Shown piece by piece: positions 38,700-52,204 of a stretch of 64,000 bases of DNA. The DNA comes from Octopus vulgaris (Eukaryota), in NCBI GenBank assembly GCA_951406725.2, contig OX597816.1, positions 177,444,001 to 177,508,000 of the forward strand, given 5' to 3'. Within the stretch, counting starts at the first letter, position 1, and the number at the start of each line of letters is the position of its first letter. The position numbers and the translations under genes were made by a program. The notes under the pieces are model-generated. The model saw only the letters and a program-made list of their open reading frames with translations. It was not told the origin of the DNA and did no database searches.

Positions 38700-41600
38700 T
38701 AGTCTTTCCCCCCTCTCGCTAATTCTTGTCTATCTATCTGCTTACCCCCCGTAACGCTTATGCTGGTGTAGATATAGATATAATATCTACACGTTCATAA
38801 CTATACAATCCATCCCCTCCTCTCTGTTTTATCTTCCCTCTTTGTAAAGTTTATGCTAGTGTGGATATACAAACAATATCTGCACGTTTTAGCTATGCAA
38901 TCCACCCTCCCTTTCTGACTCTCTCTCTCTCTCATCTTCCCTCTTGTCTCTCCCTTGTCTATCTCTCCCTCTGTTGATCTGCCTCTCTCTTTCTCTCTCT
39001 TTCAGGTAAATCCCATTGTCTCACAGTTTCCTCTCTCTGCCTCCCGCCATTTCGCTCTCATTCTCTCTCGCACCTCTACTTCGCTTACAGTTTCTTCTTA
39101 CCCTATCTACCTCCCTCTGCTGAACTGTCACCCTCTTCCCCTCCCTGCCTTTTCCTCTCCCTGTCAGGTCAATCTCTTTCCCTCTCCTCCTCTCTCTGTC
39201 CCTCTATTTCGCTCTCTCCATCCCCCTCTTCCTCGTATCTTTCCCTCCCTGCTTTTCTCTCTGTCTCCTCAGGTCAATCTCCTTCTCTCTCCTCCTCTCT
39301 CTCTCCTTCTATTTCACTCTCTCCCTTCCCTCTTCCTCCGTATCCTTCCCAGATCAATCTCCTTCTCTCTCTCTCTCTGCCCCACTATTTCGCTATATCT
39401 CTCCCGTATCCCTAGTAAAGGTGTCACAGAACTGGTCATCAAAAGAGCTGGAATTGTTCGTACACGCATGGAAGATCTTCAAAAGTGACGCACCCAACCT
39501 TATCATTGCAGTAGCACTTAAAAGTAATAATTTTCCTAGAACCACAGCGCAAATTGAGCAGGAGAAACGCAAATTTCTCCGTTCTTTATTCTCTAATTAG
39601 ATAGCATATAGACTCCCCCCGACATCATCCTGGGAGGTAACTGCACCAATGATGACAAAAAGGATTGAAGAAACCGTCAGGGCCCAACAATCCCTCAAAA
39701 GAACAAGAAAAAAGTCACATCTGGTTGGGGCCTGCGAATGAGGGAAACAATGATACTGGTTTGGCCTCTAACACATCAGAAGATCAAAGAGGTGTGAGAG
39801 CCGAAAGAGGAAAAGATGAAGACAAACCCAACTGAACAAAAACTGTCAAAAGCAAAGAAGAACGAAGAGTCAAAGAAAGGGAAAAAGAAGAAACAACCAA
39901 AAATGCTGGTGCGAAATGGAGGACCCCCCTCCCCCAACAGAAGTACAGGAATTACAAGGGCAAAAGTAGGAGCACTTACAAATTCTACCTACTAGTATTG
40001 CTAGTATGGTGACAATGGTTGTAAATTGTCGCTTTGCACATCGGAAGCCCTGCCAAAACCACATGGGTCCCAGACAACACTCCCTTCCCCGAGGAGGACA
40101 AAAGGAAAGACATCAAAGAAGTAAAAATAGCGCACTATCTACTTCCGACAGCCGATATGCAGATGTAGTACGTGGCCCAGCAAACGGCCGCTTCACCCTG
40201 AAAAGGGCAGCAGCTGAACAGCAATTTTTTTTTGTGCATGGTACAAAAAATTGTCCAACTGACCTGGCTTCAAACCAAGGCTGGAACTACACCCACCACC
40301 AACAACAGATACAGGATGGCAACTACTAACACCAACACACGCACATCACAAAGATATTTCTTTTGAACATAGGAGGCCTTTGCATGGCAACTGTAAAACA
40401 AAAATCTCATTCTTGAGAGACCTTGTGGCATGCAATCAAGATTTATGCATAGCACTTGTAGAAACGCATCTTAGACCTGATATAGGGGATGCAGAAATAT
40501 TATATCACAATATGTTGCCATACACTCAGATAGAAAGAAGAGGAGCCATGGTGGAGTTGCTGCATACATCCGAGAGGATCTCACACCCCAGATCATGCTG
40601 TCATATTCTAATTCAGTGTGTGACACTCAAATTGTACACATTAGACAACTTAATACTGTTATATGTACTACATATCACCTACCAGATGCTCTGAGTCATC
40701 CAGGCAAATTTGTATTCCTTTTGGGTGACTTTAACTTCCCGACAATTGGATGGCCTGGGGACCAGATTCTTCCAAGAATGACACACCAACAACAAGCTGC
40801 TGCAATGCCTCTTTCATGGAGCAAATCGTGCTGCAACCAAGCAGGGCAAATAATATACTGGATCTCTGCTTCACAAACAATATGGACATTATCCATAATG
40901 TCAAAGTGACACCGACGCTGTTCTAGGATCACAATATAATAGAGCTGTCTATGTATGGACCAAAAGCTCCTGCCTATACGAAGCACCCCAAAATCTCTCC
41001 AAACTAAACTTTCATAAAGCAAATCGGAAGCTGATTGAGAATGAGATCCTCAAACGGCATTGGCCTAAATGCCTCGCCACACCAGACATTGACATAAAGC
41101 ACAAACATTTCATGTCCATAATACAAGCCATATGTGACAAATATGTCCCAGTGTGCAAGGCCAACATACACAAAAACAGGATCCCTAGAGAAAGGAAGAT
41201 TCTTATGAGACGACGGAGAAAGATTGCGAACCGCCTGAGCAAGCATACCAAAAGTGTCGAGGTCTCGTCTGGAGAGAGTGCGATAGAAGATTGAGAAACG
41301 TCTGCATCAGTCTCATGAAACCGAGAGCGCAAATGAAGCTTGGGTAAAAGAAAATATCAAGTCAAACCCTAAAGCTTTCTTTAAGTTTGCCAGAGAAACA
41401 GCTTCAATACGCTATAAGATAGGACACCTCTTCCAAAATGAAGGCTCTCTCACAGGAGGGTAAGTGACTTACAGTTCCAAAGTGTGTTCACTACACCGCT
41501 GGAGCACAGGCAAGTGAACAAACCAACCGAATTCTTTGCCACATTACCTAAAACCAAAAAGGTTAAAAATTGAGTACATAAACATTGAAGATGTAATAAT

Positions 41601-43121
41601 CGCCATAAATGAGATCGACACAAACTCAGGGGCTGGTCCGGATGGATTTCCAGCGGTTCTACTCAAATCGTGCAAGCGAGCCCTTACAAAACCACTGCAG
41701 CTTCTCTTCCAGAGCTTCCTTGCAAGTGGTAAGCTCCCAGACAAGCTGAAGAAAGGGATAATATGCCCTATCCAGGAGGGAGGAAGCAGAGCAGATGCTA
41801 AAAATTATAGGCCTATCTCTCTGACCTCACACATCAGTAAAGTCATGGAACGAATAGTCCGCAAGAAAGTAATCATGTTCCTTGAAGAAAACGACTTGCT
41901 GACTGACACCCAGCATAGATTTCAACCAGGTAGAAGTTGTTTGACACAGCCCTTGCAACACTACGACTGGGTGTTAAAACAGCTGCTGATTTTGCAAAAG
42001 CCTTTGATAAAGTTGACCATGGTATGATGTGCTACAAACTGTGCGCTCTCGGCATAAGCGGAAAACATGGAGAGTGGTTGCAAAACTTTCTAAAGGATAG
42101 ACGCCAGGCAGTAGTGGCCAACGGAGCCACCTCCAAGGAAACACAAATAGCAAGTTGTGTTCCACAGGGCGCTGTCTCGCAGCCACTGCTTATTCATAGT
42201 GGCCCTCTCAGACATGCCCTCAGCCGCTCAGATAGCCACCCTTGCTAGCTATGCAGATGACACAAAAGTCTCTCAATACAAAATCTTGGAAATATTGCAC
42301 AACTGCAACGGGAGTTGGACGCAATATACAGGTGGGCTGAGGACAACATGAAGTTTAATACAGAAAAATCCCAGACACTATGCTACCAGCACACAAAGCT
42401 AAACGACATGCAGACAGGATACACTGGCCCAGGAGGAAGTGAAATTCCTGAATCAAAATCAGTACGTGATCTGGGCATTGACATGAGCAATGATGCATTT
42501 TTCCAAGTGCATATTACCAATTTGGTAATAAAATGCAGGCGACTGTTTGGATCCCCCGAACTTTCAGAACAACCGCTTAGACTCCTGCTCCCAACTATGG
42601 TCACCACACAATAAAAATCCACGGCGGAACACGAATCAATCCACCGAAGCTACACTAAGAAAATAGACTAGATGCAACGTTTCAGCTACTGGGAAAGACA
42701 GAAAGTATTAAAACTCTTCTCCCTGGAACGAAAGCGGGAGAGAAATGCAGTGATATACATCTGGAAAATCCTAAAAGGCCTTGTACTCAACTTTAGCATT
42801 GAAAGTTACTCAAACTGCAGAACGGTGCGCCACTGCATAGTGCCAAAGATCCCAGCATTGCCATCAAAATACAGGACCAGATACTGCAACAGATTGGGCT
42901 TTAAGGGCCCACAGATCTTTAATATCCTTCAAAAATGTCTGAGAGACCTGCACGGTGTGGATGTAAGTGTCTTTAAAACCAAACTGGATCTCTTCCTGTT
43001 ACGGGTTCCAGACGAGCCTACCTCACGGGAGGAATCACAGATGAGGTAGCAGCATCAATCTCCTTCATTGATGAAATGCCACATATTAGAGGAGGTTCCA
43101 AATAATAGTATAGCTCAGTCA
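38700..43121 (+). mobile_element. Near full-length, heavily frameshifted CR1-like LINE
   Basis: CT-rich leader; ORF1 remnant; APE motifs (ALVETHL, LGDFNFP, LDLCF); RT motifs (YRPISLTS, DFAKAFDKVDH, YADDTK); 3' stem-loop missing. Confidence 0.88.
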
Positions 43122-43184
43122 ATCCCAGAAACAGCTGGGAGATTTTGTATTTCTTAATATTGTATATGATTTGAGATGTTTACC

Positions 43185-43221
<37 letters not shown>

Positions 43222-43309
43222 TATATAATAATAAATACATACATATATACATATATATATACATATATATATGTATATATCCCTATATATATGTATATAT
43301 ATGTGTATG

Positions 43310-43342
<33 letters not shown>

Positions 43343-43434
43343 ATGCATATGTGTATATATATATATGCATATATATATGTATATATATATAAGTATATAT
43401 ATATAGGCATATATATATGTATATGTAAATATAT

Positions 43435-43483
<49 letters not shown>

Positions 43484-43524
43484 GGTAAGAAAGTTGGTAT
43501 GTGAAAGCACGTGGTTGAATATAT

Positions 43525-43753
43525 AGAAAATAGTAAAAAGTGAAAAAGCTACAGAAGGCTTGTTTTAAAAGGTTAAAAAATATATATTTGAGTCAATATG
43601 TCTGAAGAATGTTATAAATTTTTTTCATGCAATGACGTAGTTTAGAAGAAATGACCGGTTTCGCGTTCAGCTTTTCAAATTTCTTAAATCGTTATGTTAT
43701 ATATTTTTTAACCTTTTAAAACAAGCCTTCTGTAGTTTTTTCACTTTTTACTA

Positions 43754-43759
<6 letters not shown>
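43525..43759. repeat. Fold-back element with ~60-bp arms inside a (TA)n-flanked unit
   Basis: AGAAAATAGTAAAAAGTGAAAAAGCTACAGAAGGCTTG... and its reverse complement. Confidence 0.9.
43646..43685 (-). ncRNA. Minimal type I hammerhead in the loop of the fold-back, core decayed
   Basis: aagaaat-TTGAAAA-gc-tgaac-gc-GAAA-ccg-GTC-atttctt; 7-bp stem I, palindromic stem III ACCGGT, GUC site. Confidence 0.65.
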
Positions 43760-43845
<86 letters not shown>

Positions 43846-44010
43846 GAGTGTATTTTACCTTGTTAACAATTAACACGGATAAATGAATGAATAGTTACCA
43901 GGGCAGCAAAAATCTCACAAGTAAAGATGTTGTAACTCCTTGTTTATAAAGGTTGAAACTTCGTGTTTACGTTGAATATTTGAATAATAGGAATAACTCC
44001 ATTTTTTATT

Positions 44011-44089
<79 letters not shown>

Positions 44090-44116
44090 GTATGTATGTA
44101 TATATTTATGTATATG

Positions 44117-44147
<31 letters not shown>

Positions 44148-44152
44148 GTATA

Positions 44153-44769
44153 TGTCAGGTCACTTTCGAATGCTGCTGGTAACATGAAACCCAGTACAAC
44201 CTGTTGCATGGTCGGGTCGTCGGGTCGTCAGCGACTAAGCCGGCAACCCCACCAAGCTTGCTTGGTGAGGAGGGTGTTTATTGGACACCCTGCGGGATGA
44301 AAAGCAAAACCCGACAAAGGGCGGAGGAACTCTTGAGAGTCAACGGCCAGCCAATAAATGTCTTAAGGCTGCATCATGCGCGGGGACATAGAAATAATCG
44401 GACTGAATACCCGATCACGCAGTTAAACCATTGGGAGTGAAGGACTCCTAGCCTTTGTCAGGGCATCCTTTTAGGAGAAGGCAACTCAGGTAACTGGGAT
44501 AACTCCGACATAAAACCTGCGGCTCAGTGGTTACCGATGATGTTGACTTGTTCTTTTCGGATTATGGCTGCTGTTGCTTAGTGAGTGTGATTGACTCAGT
44601 GCACAGCCTTTCCTCACTTTAACAAAAATCTTCTTGCACAGGCATTGCACGATAACAACGTTGTTCATGATTGCTGATGGTGTTGTGAGTCTCAACTGAA
44701 TGGCTGGCTGTAGCCTTAAAAAGCAAATAAAAGTCACATTCGTTCACAGCACCCGAGAGGGCAGCCATC
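44153..44769 (+). mobile_element. Non-coding GC-richer element between TA tracts, resembling RTE-clade UTRs
   Basis: TAGGAGAAGGCAACTC...AAAACC block recalls RTE 5' UTRs; HDV-ribozyme-like junction motifs at the 5' end; no RT ORF. Confidence 0.5.
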
Positions 44770-44786
44770 ATATATATGTATATATG

Positions 44787-44824
<38 letters not shown>

Positions 44825-44939
44825 AGTATATATGTATGTATATATGTATATGTATATGTATGTATATGTATATATATGTATATGAATGTATATATGTACA
44901 TATGTATGGATATATGTATATATACATATGTATTCACAT

Positions 44940-44971
<32 letters not shown>

Positions 44972-44978
44972 GTGTGTA

Positions 44979-45049
<71 letters not shown>

Positions 45050-45132
45050 GTATATATGTATATATATGTGTATGTCTATGTTTATGTATATGTATATATC
45101 TATATGTACATATGTACATAAATATGCATACA

Positions 45133-45163
<31 letters not shown>

Positions 45164-45464
45164 ACCAGAATTTAAGTTATTTGTAATATGTTTGTCACAT
45201 ATTTCAACTGTTAAAGGCAAATACACTGCAATTACCGTGAAGAAAAAAATCTGTCTTAAGGCAAAAAGGTTTCAAGATACCAAGTTTGTTCAGTGTTGCC
45301 TTCTCTCTAGAATCTCAGACATCAATGTTTTGGGTGTTTTGACTCTTGGCTATGATATGTACCAAAGTGAGGCACCTCTGAACAAACTGAATATAGCCGT
45401 AGCTTTATATACAACTAGCAGTATTGCCCGGCGTTGCTCGGGTTTGTAAGGGAAATAACTATAT

Positions 45465-48400
45465 GATTGATTGATAGATTGATTCTAGTTTCAGCTCATG
45501 AGCTGTGGCCATGCTGGGGCACCGCCATTTGGTGTTGCTACTTGGTTTTACTTCACGAACGCTTTCTAGCAACTGCCATTTGGTGCATGAGAGAGTTCGA
45601 TGCAGCTGCCCTCATCTGCACCTCCTGCCGTGAAGTTGGTTCATCTGGGACACCTGACAGGAAGAGATCCAGGTTCATTTTAAAGACATCTGTATCCACC
45701 CCATGCAGGTCTCTTAGGTTCTTCGGGAGGAAATTGAAGAGCTGTGGGCCTCAGAAGCCCAGGCTATCACAGTATCTTGTCCTACATCTTGATGGCAAAT
45801 TTGGAGTCCTAGGCACCACGCAGTGGCGCCCAGTTCTGGCATTTGTGTAACTCTCGATGCCAAAGTTTGGGACACGTCCCTCCAGGATCTTCCAGATGTA
45901 TATTATGGCATATCTTTCCCGCCTACGCTCCAAGGAGTATAATTTTAATCTCTTGAGTCTTTCCCAGTAGCTTACATTCTGCATAGAGGCTATCTTCTTC
46001 GTGTAGCTACGCTGGATCGCCTCGAGCTCTGTGATCAACTTGACACTGGATGGTGACCATAACTGAGAGCAATAGTCAAAGTGGCCTAGGACAAGTGTCC
46101 TCCAGAGGACCATCATGGTTTCTTGTTCTCTTGTTCTAAAGGTTCTGAGAATCCATCCGGCCAGTCGTCTACATTTCATTGCCAATTTAGCAACATGAAC
46201 ACGAAAGGTTGCGTCATCACTCATGTAAATACCCAGGTCACGCACTGATTGTGCCTCTGGGATTGCTATTCCTCCGGGTCCAGTGTATTCATTGGGTATT
46301 GCATTTAGTTTTGCATGATGATAGTATAAAGCTTGAAACTTTTCAGCATTGAAATGCATGCTATTCTTTTCAGCCCACTTGTATATTTTGTCCAGCTCAC
46401 ATTGCAGGCGTTTAGTGTCCTCAGGGTTCTGTATTGCCTGTAAAACTTTTGTATCATCTGCATAACTTGTGATCGTGGCTCTCTGCGTAGCTGAGGGCAT
46501 GTCTGAGAGGGCCATTATGAACAGTAGTGGTCCCAGAACAGAGCCCTGCGGGACACCGCTCACTATTTGCGTGTTAATGGAAGTGGCCCCATTGGCTACT
46601 ACCACCTGACTTCTATCTTTCAGAAAGTCATGAAGCCATTCTCCCAGTTTTCCAACTATGTTGAGATCACGCAGTTTGTGACATATCATTCCATGATCGA
46701 CTTTATCAAAGGCCTTCGCAAAATCGAGATATATCACTTCCACATTTGAGTGGTTGAGCAGCCGTTTCAGCACCCAGTCATAGTGTTGTAGGAGCTGAGT
46801 TAAACAGCTTCTCCCTGGTCGGAAACCATGTTGGGTGTCGGGCAGCAAGTCATTTTCTTCAAGGAAGGTGATCAGTTTCCTTCTGACTATTCGTTCCATG
46901 ACCTTGCTGATGTGTGAGGTCAATGAGATCGGTCTGCTACCTCCTTTATGAATGGGGCATATTTTACCTTCCTTCAGTTTTCTTGGAAGTTTGCCAGCTG
47001 CAAGGAAGCTCTGAAAGAGGAACTGCAGTGGTCTTGCTAGGACTCTCTTACATGCTTTTAGGAGGATTGCCGGGAATCCATCGGGGCCAGTAGCTGAGTC
47101 TGTTTTCGTTTCATCTATAGCCTTTATTACATCGTCTTCTTTTATATCGATGTAATCTATCGTCGCCGCCTCTGATTTTATATCTGCAATGGTAAAGAAG
47201 TCAGTTGGATTGGTGATTTGGAGATGCCCAAGGGGTGGAGTGAAAACACTCTTGAATTGCTCATTCAGTATTTCACTTACCCTCATTGGTTTTCCTGTAA
47301 GTGTGCCATCCTTTTCAAGGAGTGGCCCTATTCTACAGTGCACCGTAGCTGTTTCTTTGGCATACCTGTAGAAAGCTCTGGGGTTAGATTTTATGTTGTC
47401 TATAGCCCAGGCTTCTTTGTCTGCTCTTTCCTTTTCATGGGAGAGTTGCAGACATTTTTCAATTTCCAACAGTTTTATTTTTAGGCGGGACTTTTCACTG
47501 CTTTCAATCTGTTTGTTTAGGCGATTTGAAATTTTTGTACGCCGTCTCATTAAAATTGTCCTCTTTCTGGGGATTTTGTTCTTGTGTACAGTGGCCTTTC
47601 TCTCTGGGACACATTTGTAGCATATGGCTTGCATTACAGACATGAATTGTTGAAGCTTCACGTCGACGTCTGTCGAGGAGAGACATTTAGGCCAGTTTTG
47701 TTTGAGGATCTCTTTCTTAATTTGTTTCCAGTTTGCCTTATGGTAGTTCAAGCTGGAAATATTCTGAGGGTTTCTTGTAGGCTGCATGTCCGTGCTCTCT
47801 TTTGGCCCGTACATGGTCAGCTCTACCATGTTGTGATCCGAGAGTAGTGTCGGTGTCACTTTCACATTATGGATGAGATCCATGTCATTTGTGAAGCAGA
47901 GATCCAGTGTGTTACCTGCCCTGGTTGGTTGGAGTATTACTTGCTCCATGTACAGGTGTTGATGAGGTTCTGGAGGGACCTCGCCTGTCCTCGTTCACAT
48001 CTTGTCATTCCTGGAAGAGAAAGGCCCTCAGGCCATCTGACATTGGGTAGATTGAAGTCTCCCATGAGAAGTACACTTATGTGTTGTTCTAATGTGATTA
48101 GAACTTCTATTTTTATAAGGCAGTCTTCAAACTTGCCTACATGGCTTGGGGCATCTGGAGGGCGATATGTAGCACACACAACTACATCGAGTTGCCTTAT
48201 GTGTACAATTAGTGTGTCACACACCGAGTTTGAGTATGACAAAAGGACCTGGGGTGTGAGGTCCTCACGGATGTACATAGCAACTCCTCCATGACTCCTT
48301 TCTTTTCTGTCGGTCCGTAGTACAACATACTGTGGTATGTGTAATTCCGCATCTGCTATGTCCGGTTTCAGGTGCGTTTCCGTAAGTGCTATGCATAAGG

Positions 48401-48718
48401 CTTGATTGCATGCGACAAAGTCTCTCAGGAACGGGATTTTTGTCCTGTTACTGAGTGTTCGCAGTCCTCTGATGTTCAGTAGGAGCATCGAGGTGAGGTG
48501 TATGTTGTTGCCGGCGGTGTCCATCTTGGGTCTGTTTGCTGTGGTGGTCTTGTATATTGTGGGTAGTCCCACCTGTGAGCTTGGGTTTGATGAAGCCAGG
48601 TCAGCTGCTGTACAATCTTTTGTGCCATGCACAAAAAAGATTCTTGCCCAGCAGCTGCCCTTTCAACAACGTCATGTTGGCGGTTTGTGGCACGCACCAC
48701 ATCTGCGTACCTCCGTTT
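45465..48718 (-). mobile_element. Best-preserved CR1-like LINE, 5'-truncated within ORF1
   Basis: (AATC)n tail, 3' stem-loop, almost intact ORF2. Confidence 0.93.
45751..48632 (-). pseudogene. CR1-like ORF2 (APE endonuclease + reverse transcriptase); frameshift at ~47950 and premature stop at 45751
   Basis: ORFs 47937-48632 (NIRGL, LTETHL, MGDFNLP) and 45751-47949 (SDH, QHGFRPGRSC, YLDFAKAFD, GVPQGSVLGP, YADDTK). Confidence 0.92.
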
Positions 48719-49317
48719 TAAGCATTTTTAGAGAGTTATAGCAAAAAAATGCATTAAAAATGGGAAAAAAATGATGGTAAATTTTTTTAAAAATTGTTGA
48801 CCCATCGTAGACATTTTTAGAGAGTTACTTCCCTTATATAATAGCGAAAAAATGCATTAAAATGGAAAAAAATGATGGTAATTTTTTTTTTTAATCGTAC
48901 ACTCATCGTAGACGCGCGCTAATACCCAGAAGGGTTCCATATGAATCACGACTATAAGATACCCGGTTTTGGTTAAACTGCACCGCAAAATGTGGGAGTA
49001 GTTAGGAATCTAAATCGTAGGAGACAGACACACAACTTCACTTTTATATATAAAGATTTAGTCAACTCTTTGACAGATTTGCGGTAGTAGATCGCCAGAT
49101 CAAATTAATTAACAGGGCATAGGCGCAAAGTAGGGTGTATGTATGAGCAGAAGTTATGTTAGTTGAAATATGCTTGTCACATATTTCAACTGCTCAAACA
49201 TGGCGAACATGTATGAAAACTCCCAGTTCACTGAGTGTCGTCATCTCTGGGGAGTATCAGACATAGATGTTTCGAGTTTTTTGACACTTGTCAAAGAGAT
49301 GTACCTAAGAGAGGTAC

Positions 49318-49404
<87 letters not shown>

Positions 49405-49439
49405 ACTGTAACTTTATTAAGTTCGTTCAGAGTTTCGCT

Positions 49440-51540
49440 CGTGACATATCCTGCCATGTTCAAACTTGTCGAAGACCTTGGCAAAATCGAAGTATATCGC
49501 GTTTACCGCTGACTGTTTTAGATGTTGTTTCAGTACCCCGTCACAGTGCCGCAGCAGCTTTGTGAGGTAGCCCTCCTTGGACGTAAGCCATGTTACGTGT
49601 TTGTGAGAAGGTTATTTTTTTCTAGGAACGTGATCAGCTTTTTCTGACAAAGCGTTTCATTGCCTTGCTAACATGTGAAGTCAGAGAGATGGGCCTGCAG
49701 ATTTTAGCATCTGCTCTACTCCCTCCCTTATAGACAGGGCATATTATACCCTCTTTTATCATGTTGGGAAGTTTACCAAAGGGAAGGAAACTCTGAAAGA
49801 GTATCTGCCGTGGCTTTGCAAGAGCCGGGAGTCCAATTGGGCCCGTTGCTGTGTTTGAGCTCATCTCATCAATGGCCGATGATACATCCTCTTCTGTTTT
49901 GCTGATGTAATCGATGGTTGCCTCTTTTCTGAATAGATTTGTTATATTGAAAAACTCCTCAGGATATTTTATTTGCATATTTTCCACTGGAGAAGGGAGT
50001 TGTTTAATTATGGCTTCACTTATCTCCCCCGGGACTGCAGTTAGTGAGCCGTTTTTACTAAATAGTGGCCCTGTCTTGTAGCGTACTAAGGCAGACTCCT
50101 TTGCCAACGTGTAGAAAGCTTTGGGATTCGTTTTATATATTCGACTACCCAGGTTTCTCTTTCTTTTTCATGGGAGATTTTGAGTTTATTTTCTATCTCG
50201 AAGAGTTCCTCTGTCAGATGGGATTTCACACTGTCATTGAGGTGTTTGTTTAAACGATTCGAGATCTTTATTCTCCGCTGCATGAGTGTTCTGTCTCGGG
50301 GAGTGATGTTTTTTCTGTTGGCTCTCTTCTCTGGGACATATTCAATGCATATCGTTCGCATTATTGTTATGAATTTATTGAGTTTCATATCCATGTCTTG
50401 CTTAAAGAGGCTTTTAGGCCAGTGCTTCTGGAGTATCTGTTTTTCAAGTGACTTCCAGTCAGCCTTATAGAAATTTAAGTGGGATAGGGTTTGAGTGCCA
50501 TCTGTGCGGAGTTTAGTTAATTCCAGGCCATACATTGTCAATTCTATATTGTTATGGTCTAAGAATATTGTTGGTGATATATTTACGTTGTGGATAATTT
50601 CCACATTGTTTGCAAAACAGTGGTCCAAAATATTTTTGTGTCTGGTTGGAGAGAGTATGATCTGATCCATGAATAGCATTTTCGTAAAATCAAGTAGAAT
50701 TTCTACTTGATTTCGCTCTTTGTACGTAATTCTTGGGGTTATGTTGCCCTCAGACGAACTGATTTTAGGGAAGTCACCCATCAGGAATATAGTAGTAAGT
50801 TGATCCAATTGTGTTAGTATTTCCTTTATCACATTGAGCGTTTCCTCAAATTTTCTATAATGATTTGAGGCTTCAGGTGGACGATATAGTGTGCAGATCC
50901 CTATATCAAGTTGCTTTACATGTACTATCTTCGCAGATGTACATTGCAACTCCACCGTGACTTCTTCTGGTATGAGTATCTCAGCATCATTTATGTCTGC
51001 AGGAAGATGTGTTTCTGTAAGAGCAATGCTAATAACTTGATTGCATGCAAAAAGATTGATCAATTGCGCATGCTTGCATTTCCTGTTGTTTTGTAGTAGG
51101 CCGCATATATTTATAAGTAGAAATGGCGTTGGTGTTGGTGTGACGGGTGGCTTGGTGGCAGTGATGGCCAACCAGGATCCATCAATTGTGGCGGTCTTGT
51201 GTGCGAGGGTACATAGTTCAGATTTGTCAGTAGCTATGACACCCATTGAACTATTTCCTGTGCCACACTTAAAAAAGGTTGTTGCTCAACCGCTGCTGTT
51301 TGTGCTGTATCTACATATGACTCTGTCTGGTCTTCTTTTCTGCAGGTTTAGGCTGGGATATAGAGTTTTCCAAGTGTGGTTGTTTCTTTCGTTGGGTGAG
51401 TGATGGAGTTTGCTCAAGCGCTGGATGCGCAAAACGGCAGTTTGTTCCACTCTCTCCATGCCAGCATTTATCTCTTTTGCGGAATTTGTAGATAGGCTTT
51501 GGGAGGTGCTTTTACTATTTTGTTCTCACTGTCCAGCTTT
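49440..51540 (-). mobile_element. Diverged CR1-like LINE fragment (ORF1 C-terminus, APE, start of RT)
   Basis: ORFs 50086-51246 and 49634-50107; YFDFAKVFDK at ~49460-49492. Confidence 0.85.
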
Positions 51541-51828
51541 TTGTTGACACTTTCACATTCCGCAAAAAATCCACAATTTTATTTAATTTGCTCTGCGGAA
51601 AGGACTGTTTTAACGAAGTCGCGTCTTATCCCTGCCTTCGTAACGCGGAGTAGATAAAACAGGGGACAACTTATGAAGGGAATTTTCTTTCCGTTATCTG
51701 TCTCGTTTCTCTGTTTGTTTGTTTTTTCTTTCGTTGTTCGAAAAAAAGTCCGTTTTCTATGTTTTTGATTTTTATGTTCTCGTTTCTAATTTTATTATAC
51801 GGTCGAACGCCACGCATTTATTTACAAG

Positions 51829-51880
<52 letters not shown>

Positions 51881-52085
51881 TGCGTATGTATACGTATATA
51901 TGTAAATATAAACGCACGTATATAGGTATATATATTCATGTTTATATATACTTATATATATGTGTATATATGTACATATATATACGTATATAAGTATATA
52001 TTTTATATATATATAAGTATATATATATGTATATATATATGTATATGCGTATGTATATGTACATATATGTATTTATATACGTAAG

Positions 52086-52204
<119 letters not shown>

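Larger units (their letters stand above)
45415..49056 (-). mobile_element. Helitron H1 copy split by a CR1 insertion (pieces 45415-45464 and 48719-49056)
   Basis: The pieces rejoin to ATAACTATATAAGCATTTTT as in 20563-20957; TC start, hairpin + CTAG end. Confidence 0.9.
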
